From positions 1-64,000 of the IMG/VR virus record IMGVR_UViG_3300049596_000679: DNA of 64,000 nucleotides. One strand, 5' to 3'. This document shows positions 58,200 to 64,000 of the stretch, one piece after another. Within the stretch, counting starts at the first letter, position 1, and every line of letters starts with the position of its first letter. The notes below the pieces were generated by a model that did not search any database, was not told where the DNA came from, and saw only the letters and a program-made list of their open reading frames with translations. The translations under genes were made by a program, and so were the position numbers. The stretch is from a virus (Duplodnaviria; Caudoviricetes).

Positions 58200-58201
58200 A
58201 A

Positions 58202-58516
58202 ATGGAAATTACAAGTGTTGAGTTACAAGAAAAAATTAACTCAGGTAAAAAAGTTATTGTAGAATTCTGGGCCGAATGGTGTGGTCCGTGCAAAATGATG
58301 AAACCTTTATTTGAAAGAGTATCAAAAAATAATACATCTAATGTTGAAATGTATACCATGAATGTGGATCTAAATCGTGAAATAGCTATGTCACTCGGAA
58401 TCCGTAGTATTCCAACGGTCAAAGTTTTTAACTCAGGTGAGAACATAGATACCAAAGTTGGTGTTCTACAAGAAGAACAAATAAAAGGAATGGTAAATGA
58501 ATTGATCAATGGATAA
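58202..58516 (+). CDS. trxA: thioredoxin
   Basis: FWAEWCGPCK, IRSIPT. Confidence 0.93.
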   Translation: MEITSVELQEKINSGKKVIVEFWAEWCGPCKMMKPLFERVSKNNTSNVEMYTMNVDLNREIAMSLGIRSIPTVKVFNSGENIDTKVGVLQEEQIKGMVNELING

Positions 58517-58796
58517 GTTAGCAATCATATTTTCAATGAAATCATGTGGTCATTGTAAAACACTTAAGGAAATGTTGGATAAAGAAGATATACCTTATAT
58601 TGATAGAGATATTGACGAACATAGTGATGAATACGATATGTTTGTATCAATTACCAAGAATGAATATGTGCCTGCATTTATGTTAATTGAGTCACCGGGA
58701 AAAGAAAATTCTAAAACTGAACTTTATGCTCCTGAAAGAGATTATGATGAACTTGACGAAGGTGTAAAAATCATAAAAGAGTTTTACGAAAGATAA
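58509..58796 (+). CDS. glutaredoxin/NrdH-like redoxin
   Basis: SCGHC, YVP. Confidence 0.8.
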   Translation: MDKLAIIFSMKSCGHCKTLKEMLDKEDIPYIDRDIDEHSDEYDMFVSITKNEYVPAFMLIESPGKENSKTELYAPERDYDELDEGVKIIKEFYER

Positions 58797-58800
58797 TAAA

Positions 58801-58836
58801 AAACCCCATTCCTAATAAGAGTGGGGGTTTTTTTTT
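58801..58836 (+). terminator. terminator, copy 1 of a 26-nt direct repeat
   Basis: AAACCCCATTCCTAATAAGAGTGGGG plus T-run. Confidence 0.8.
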
Positions 58837-58871
58837 GAACATAGAAGTATTTATTAATAAATTAAAATATT

Positions 58872-59432
58872 ATGGGAAGAATTGTAAGATTAACAGAATC
58901 CGATTTAACAAGAATTGTTAGACGAGTACTTAAAGAAAATAAATCCTCTCACCCACAATATATTAAAGTTGAGTTAACGACAAAGTGGGAAAAGTTTATG
59001 GGAAAAGAATCTGAGGATAGTCGTTTAGGTGATACTAGAGGATATAGTAATTACCGGGGAGAAACAATTAAGATGGTACCTAATATGTTGTATAACATTG
59101 GTGGTGGTAAACACGTAGATGAAGATCAATATACAATGAATTATTTTGCTGAATATAAACCAGAAGATTCTAAAATTGAAATCCACGTAATTGATTGTTT
59201 TGGAAAATCAAGGAATGATTTAGACAATGTTAAAAAGGTCTCTATTAACGATACCCTTTGGAGTAAAGAACCTTGGGATTGGGATAAAGGAATGTTTACA
59301 ACAAAACCAAATGTACAAAATAAATGTGCTGCAAGAGGCGAAAATATGAAATCAATGTTTCATAAAAGATTTGAAGTTGGGGAAACAGATCATAGAGGTT
59401 ATTTTGAAATTGTTGGATCTGGTGAATTATAA
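58872..59432 (+). CDS. hypothetical protein with an 'IVRLTESDLTRIVRRVLKE' leader
   Basis: 186 aa, TATTTAT upstream, flanked by identical terminators. Confidence 0.8.
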   Translation: MGRIVRLTESDLTRIVRRVLKENKSSHPQYIKVELTTKWEKFMGKESEDSRLGDTRGYSNYRGETIKMVPNMLYNIGGGKHVDEDQYTMNYFAEYKPEDSKIEIHVIDCFGKSRNDLDNVKKVSINDTLWSKEPWDWDKGMFTTKPNVQNKCAARGENMKSMFHKRFEVGETDHRGYFEIVGSGEL

Positions 59433-59484
59433 ATTAAAGATGAAATCATTCCTTAATTTTTTAACCAAACGTAAATAAATACTT

Positions 59485-59517
59485 AAACCCCATTCCTAAT
59501 AAGAGTGGGGTTTCTTT
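59485..59517. terminator. terminator, copy 2 of the 26-nt direct repeat
   Basis: identical AAACCCCATTCCTAATAAGAGTGGGG at 59485-59510. Confidence 0.8.
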
Positions 59518-60207
59518 TTAGAATATAATTACATCCTCTAATCTGTCCTGAACCAAGTATGGTTTTTCTCCCTCAGGATCCAATATATCTTGGGTAAGGT
59601 CATAAGACTCCATTCTATTGGAGAAGTCCTCTAAATCAAAGTCAAATACATCTAAAATTAATGATTTGATAGTTTTAGTATTGTACATTGAGTCAACAAC
59701 AACATTAATATCAACTTCATCATCAACTTTAGGTAAGAAATGAATAAACATACTTTCTGACCCGATTGTTGATGAAATTTGGTTAAGTATATAATGTGAG
59801 TAGTAAAACATAGATCTACCTGTACGTAAACTATAACCATAAGGAAACTCAGAACTAATTGAAATTTCATCAAATGATTTATTCTCCTCAACAAATACAT
59901 TTTTATTTGTGTCAACCCAACCTGTCTCAATTGGAGATATCTCAACTCCGTATTTAATTATATTAATGATATTAAAATGTTCTAAACCTAATGATTTAAG
60001 TATAACCTTATAGGTCTCATTGAATTCGTTTTTTAACTCATCAATGTTAAGTTCTGTTTCGCTTGTGGTCTGACCATTTACAACCATGAATACATCACAA
60101 TCTGTGATTTGTATAATTGATTTTTCTTTTGGGTCAATTTTGGAAACGATGAAATCGGCAAATAAATTTACTATGCCTCGTCTTGAATTTTTATTGATTA
60201 ATCTCAT
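59518..60207 (-). CDS. hypothetical protein, weakly resembling a shortened S-adenosylmethionine synthetase fold
   Basis: ADFIV..IDP...VVNGQTTS, FPYGYS, ILDVFDF patterns echo MetK, but GHPDK is absent. Confidence 0.5.
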   Translation of the reverse strand: MRLINKNSRRGIVNLFADFIVSKIDPKEKSIIQITDCDVFMVVNGQTTSETELNIDELKNEFNETYKVILKSLGLEHFNIINIIKYGVEISPIETGWVDTNKNVFVEENKSFDEISISSEFPYGYSLRTGRSMFYYSHYILNQISSTIGSESMFIHFLPKVDDEVDINVVVDSMYNTKTIKSLILDVFDFDLEDFSNRMESYDLTQDILDPEGEKPYLVQDRLEDVIIF

Positions 60208-60258
60208 ATCTTTTTTTGTAATGAATATGAGTTTTAAATGAATATATAAATAGTTTAG

Positions 60259-61353
60259 TTAAATATAGTCTCCAAATATATCATTTATACCTTTGGTGAC
60301 TAAACTATAATCTGGATAATCAGGTATTCTAAAGTCTAACCAATCGTATTCACCATCATCCATTAGTCGTTTCATCATAGTTGTGTAACTACCCTCGTAA
60401 TCTAATTTATCTTCACTATATTCACTACCCAAACGATTGGAAAGAAATTTTTCCACATTACCTTGGAAGTCACGTATTTTAACATATTGTAACCATTTAG
60501 TTGTTTCACCTATTTTGGTTTGTTCGTCAATTACTCTACCAACAAAGTGTATATCCAACTCTGACCAAATTAAACCATATATTTCACTTTGGTATGCCCC
60601 ATTGTATGCGTTATTGTGAATGTTGTGTAGTTCACTTTTTAATTCATTTAAATCATCATTTAAAAGTTGTTTCATTGATTCTTCATCCTTTAGTAATTCA
60701 TCTAAATCGGTTTCTTTGATTATGAAATAACCTTCAGTTCCTTGTTCTTCAGATAAATTTTCAAAAAACTCTGAGTCGTAGTTTTCTAATGAAAACTCAA
60801 CATTACCAATTTCTCTGAATATATGACTTCTTAATTTATTTATGTTGACTTCATCTAAGTCTTCAATTACATCCTCATAAACATTATGGGTTGAAATGGA
60901 AAAATCTTCCCAGTAATCCTCACCTAATACGTGCTCTGCTGCGTCTTTTGCCGTAGTATTACGACCACTATCATCAAATAGTTCGGCAAGTTCTGTAGCG
61001 TCTTTTAATCGTAGGTAATACCCATCTGATCTTTTTTGAACATCCCTTAGCATTTTTTCAGTTATCCATTCCAACCAAACTTCAGGATCCTCCTGTATTT
61101 TATACAAAAGAAAATCATTCTCAAGAACTTCTGGTATGGACTTGTAATCAAAGTTATCTAAAATTTTTGTTTTAACTAAAAAGTCAAATGAGGGTGCCCC
61201 ATTATAAGGTATGTTGGACAAGTCTAACTCATCGATTAAACCCTTTCTAAGTACAAAACTTAAAAACACCTCAATCCTATTATTGAATATTTTGGAAATT
61301 GATTTCCAATTACCATCGTTAAATTCTTCTATTATTTCTTCAATATCATTCAT
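60259..61353 (-). CDS. highly acidic hypothetical protein
   Basis: 364 aa, D/E-rich; TATTTAT upstream. Confidence 0.8.
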   Translation of the reverse strand: MNDIEEIIEEFNDGNWKSISKIFNNRIEVFLSFVLRKGLIDELDLSNIPYNGAPSFDFLVKTKILDNFDYKSIPEVLENDFLLYKIQEDPEVWLEWITEKMLRDVQKRSDGYYLRLKDATELAELFDDSGRNTTAKDAAEHVLGEDYWEDFSISTHNVYEDVIEDLDEVNINKLRSHIFREIGNVEFSLENYDSEFFENLSEEQGTEGYFIIKETDLDELLKDEESMKQLLNDDLNELKSELHNIHNNAYNGAYQSEIYGLIWSELDIHFVGRVIDEQTKIGETTKWLQYVKIRDFQGNVEKFLSNRLGSEYSEDKLDYEGSYTTMMKRLMDDGEYDWLDFRIPDYPDYSLVTKGINDIFGDYI

Positions 61354-61366
61354 ACCTTATAAATAT

Positions 61367-61394
61367 AAAAAAAGGTGGAAAATATTTCCCACCT
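61367..61394 (-). terminator. intrinsic terminator (minus strand)
   Basis: AGGTGGGAAATATTTTCCACCT plus T-run when read on the minus strand. Confidence 0.65.
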
Positions 61395-61416
61395 CAACTT
61401 TTTAACCAATCACCGA

Positions 61417-61557
61417 TTACTTTTTGTTGTAATACTTCTCAACAATTTTCTTTACCGACTCTTGAACCGTAGATTGATTCGCCGCTGGTTGTTTAGGAGC
61501 TTGTTGAGGTGCCTGAGCAGGTTGTTGATTTGCTTTATTTTTACATCCGCATCCCAT
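61417..61557 (-). CDS. 46-aa protein (MGCGCKNKANQQPAQAPQQAPKQP...), not in ORF track
   Basis: ATG at 61557, TAA at 61417-61419; TATTTAT upstream and terminator downstream. Confidence 0.7.
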   Translation of the reverse strand: MGCGCKNKANQQPAQAPQQAPKQPAANQSTVQESVKKIVEKYYNKK

Positions 61558-61639
61558 AATATTTGTTTTAATAGGTTTATTTAATTATAAATATCTGACA
61601 TTACACATATTTTGTAAACCATTAAATATTTATTGTAAT

Positions 61640-63175
61640 ATGAAAAAAGTTTTAAGAATTAATGAGGGTGATTTAATTAGTTTAATTAAGAATATTATTA
61701 TTGAACAAGATGATAATGTTGAGTATGAAGATTTTACACCCCAAGAATATATTGATTTACTAAAGTCTGTTAATTACAAAGCACAAGCGATTCCTAAGTT
61801 TCCTGATTTTAAGGGTAAAAAAATAAGAGTTAATGGTAGCTTATCTTTAATTGGTTTAAAACAAATAACTAATTTGGGTGAGTTAATTGTGACTGGTGAT
61901 TTAAATGTTCGTTCCACAGGTATTGTAAGTCTTGAAGGTGTTACAGTTGGTGGTAGTTTAAGTCATTGGGACACACCATATAGTCGAGAACTTGATAGAA
62001 GAAAAGAAATGGCTTTAAGGGCTGAAGCCAAACAAAGAAGAGAAGATGGTGAATGGGATCTAAATAGTCCTAATATTGATGACGAAGGTTTAATGGCAAA
62101 CGCAGTTTTTGACTATATGGTTCAAGAAAGTGATATTGAATATTTAGATGGACCAGAACGTGAAGAATTAGAAGATTTGGAAAGAAGAATGGAAGAACTT
62201 GAGGAAAGAATAGATAACGAGGAAGATTCTGAAATTGTTGATGAATTGGAGATTGAACAAAATGATTTGCAATCCGAGATTGATGAACTTAAGGACAAAG
62301 ATAATGATGTGTATGATTTAATACCTGTAGGTTCCCATTATGACTTACATACATTTAGGTCAATACATAACGATACTAGTGGTAATGTTTATGCGGTTGG
62401 AACTGAAAATGAAGCGGATAGTTCCCTTGAAGACTATTATGATGGCATGGTAGACGATTTAAGTAATTTTAGTAAAGAAACTTTATCGTCCCATATTGAT
62501 GGTGACGAAGTTGCGGAATATTATGAAGACATGATTCGTGAATGGGTTATGGACGATCCTGAAAATTACGATGTTAGTAGGGAAACTAGTCGTAGTCAAG
62601 ATAAAGAAATTGAAAAATTACAAAACCAAAAAAGGTCACTTGAAATAGAAACATATTTAATTTCAAGTGGAGCTAGATCTCCTCTTATTGAGGAAGATAT
62701 TGAATCTTTAAAATACTTCAAATTTAATGATTACATGGATAACATTTTAGTTGTTGAATGGTCTGAAAATAAATGGCAAATTTACCAAAACGGTAAAAAA
62801 GTTGAGTCAGTAACTTATGAAGATGAAGATGAGGATGGTGAACATGAGTCGGATAATGAATCAAGGGTTGAAGAAATTGAAAATGAAATAGAAGGTATAG
62901 ACGAAGACATACAAGATATAAAAGATGAGCCAGATGGTGATTTAAATAATGATGAGGTAGAAGAAGCCGTTGAGGGTAGGTTAGAAGAAATTAGAGATTC
63001 ACCATTGAGTTGGTTAGATGAAATGGGTGACGAATATAATCATTTTGTAGATAAAAAAAGTTTATTGGGTGATTTAGTTGATGAGGGTGGTTATGGAGAT
63101 CTAAACGGATATAATAATGAATATGATACCGTTTCAGTTAATGATTCAACTTTTGTTGTAATGAGAATTGACTAA
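61640..63175 (+). CDS. highly acidic protein with a 'VLRINEGDLISLIKNIIIE' leader and short LRR-like repeats
   Basis: VNGSLSL / VTGDLNV / VGGSLSH repeats; D/E-rich coiled regions. Confidence 0.8.
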   Translation: MKKVLRINEGDLISLIKNIIIEQDDNVEYEDFTPQEYIDLLKSVNYKAQAIPKFPDFKGKKIRVNGSLSLIGLKQITNLGELIVTGDLNVRSTGIVSLEGVTVGGSLSHWDTPYSRELDRRKEMALRAEAKQRREDGEWDLNSPNIDDEGLMANAVFDYMVQESDIEYLDGPEREELEDLERRMEELEERIDNEEDSEIVDELEIEQNDLQSEIDELKDKDNDVYDLIPVGSHYDLHTFRSIHNDTSGNVYAVGTENEADSSLEDYYDGMVDDLSNFSKETLSSHIDGDEVAEYYEDMIREWVMDDPENYDVSRETSRSQDKEIEKLQNQKRSLEIETYLISSGARSPLIEEDIESLKYFKFNDYMDNILVVEWSENKWQIYQNGKKVESVTYEDEDEDGEHESDNESRVEEIENEIEGIDEDIQDIKDEPDGDLNNDEVEEAVEGRLEEIRDSPLSWLDEMGDEYNHFVDKKSLLGDLVDEGGYGDLNGYNNEYDTVSVNDSTFVVMRID

Positions 63176-63216
63176 TACCTTTACAGAATACAATTATATT
63201 ATTATGTTTATGGGTA

Positions 63217-64000
63217 ATGGCAAGAAATAAAAAAATAGAATTTGTAATGGACACCGATTGGATGTTTGAAAAGCCAATTGATAGTGAACATAAGGAATAT
63301 AAATTACTATCATATTTCCAACGTATGGGTGAAAAGTTAGATAACATGGAACTTTACCCTGGGTTTATAGAATTATCATTACATTTAGCAAACATACAAA
63401 CACTTATCAGGGATAAGAAAATCATATATACAAACAAGAAATTTAATTCAGTTGATGATGAACTTTTAGTAAAAGATCTTAAAATTAAAAGTGTTCCTGA
63501 GATGTCAACTGAAGAGTATGAAGAATTCACAAAAATTTTACAATACACCGCACCAAGGATGACGGAATATTTCAATATTGCAAAATCTGTATGGACATTA
63601 GTTTATGATAGTATTGAGGCAAAATACAGGAAGAATAAAAAAGAAATGTTATCTAACAGAGGTTTCTTCTTCCATTTGGATAAGAGAGACAACAAGTATT
63701 ATGTTTGGGAGTATGAAGTATCTCCGGCAGCAAAAAAATCACCAGAAAATAAGACAAATGTTAAATTAATTTATTGTGATGATAAAAACAAATTGACAAT
63801 ACCAAAGATAATAACTACATTTTCTGAGACTGAAAATAAAACAAAGTTACCGGTGTTAGAAATGATTAGTAAAGGTGATTTCCCAATCGAAGAAACATTA
63901 TTACCATTATTTAAAAGAAAAACAATAATGTTAATTAATCAGACGAGAAATTACAATATCGAACAAGAGGAAAGAAAAAAAGAAAAAGAATTTTTAGAGG
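63217..64000 (+). CDS. hypothetical protein, runs off the window end (not in ORF track)
   Basis: MARNKKIEFVMDTDWMFEKPIDSEHKEYKLLSYF..., open to base 64000; TTTACA-N17-TATGTT upstream at 63180. Confidence 0.75.
   Translation, partial: MARNKKIEFVMDTDWMFEKPIDSEHKEYKLLSYFQRMGEKLDNMELYPGFIELSLHLANIQTLIRDKKIIYTNKKFNSVDDELLVKDLKIKSVPEMSTEEYEEFTKILQYTAPRMTEYFNIAKSVWTLVYDSIEAKYRKNKKEMLSNRGFFFHLDKRDNKYYVWEYEVSPAAKKSPENKTNVKLIYCDDKNKLTIPKIITTFSETENKTKLPVLEMISKGDFPIEETLLPLFKRKTIMLINQTRNYNIEQEERKKEKEFLE

Noticed and set aside
61375-61584. 69-aa plus-strand ORF in the track
   Set aside because: The minus-strand 46-aa MGCGC ORF has the upstream motif and terminator; the plus ORF starts inside the terminator hairpin
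1-64000. Stop-codon reassignment as in some Bacteroidota phages
   Set aside because: Genes are full length and densely packed under code 11; TAG (41780, 50776) and TGA (38700, 48396) both end genes at expected positions

Overview
A gene-dense, AT-rich segment of a large tailed dsDNA phage (jumbo/huge myovirus-like). The host is most likely in Bacteroidota: there are near-perfect TTTG-N19-21-TAnnTTTG promoters, no obvious Shine-Dalgarno motifs, a Bacteroidota-type primary-sigma homolog, SprB repeats, a DUF6576-like tail and an Hc1-like protein. Standard genetic code. Layout: replication/recombination genes (SSB, RecA/UvsX, 5'-3' exonuclease, DnaB, class II RNR; 1-7.2 kb); baseplate and tail/fibre genes (7.2-33 kb); resolvase, primase, nucleases, SbcD/SbcC and sigma factor (30-43.6 kb); a putative lysis and head-internal block (44-50 kb); accessory genes (DnaJ, Dam, LRR protein, DUF932, thioredoxins, acidic proteins; 50-64 kb). 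Best candidates for new biology: (1) a SERGT1/HPAT-like protein O-glycosyltransferase embedded among fibre genes with mucin-like Pro/Thr tracts, suggesting virion glycosylation; (2) a promoter- and terminator-bounded ~130 nt pseudoknotted ncRNA candidate; (3) late-promoter genes sharing an N-terminal 'LTESDL..IV..V..E'-type leader, one in a cassette flanked by a duplicated terminator, possibly capsid-targeted cargo, including annexin/EF-hand and LRR proteins; (4) a degenerate MetK-like protein; (5) three promoter classes. All family calls come from motif recognition by eye, not database searches.
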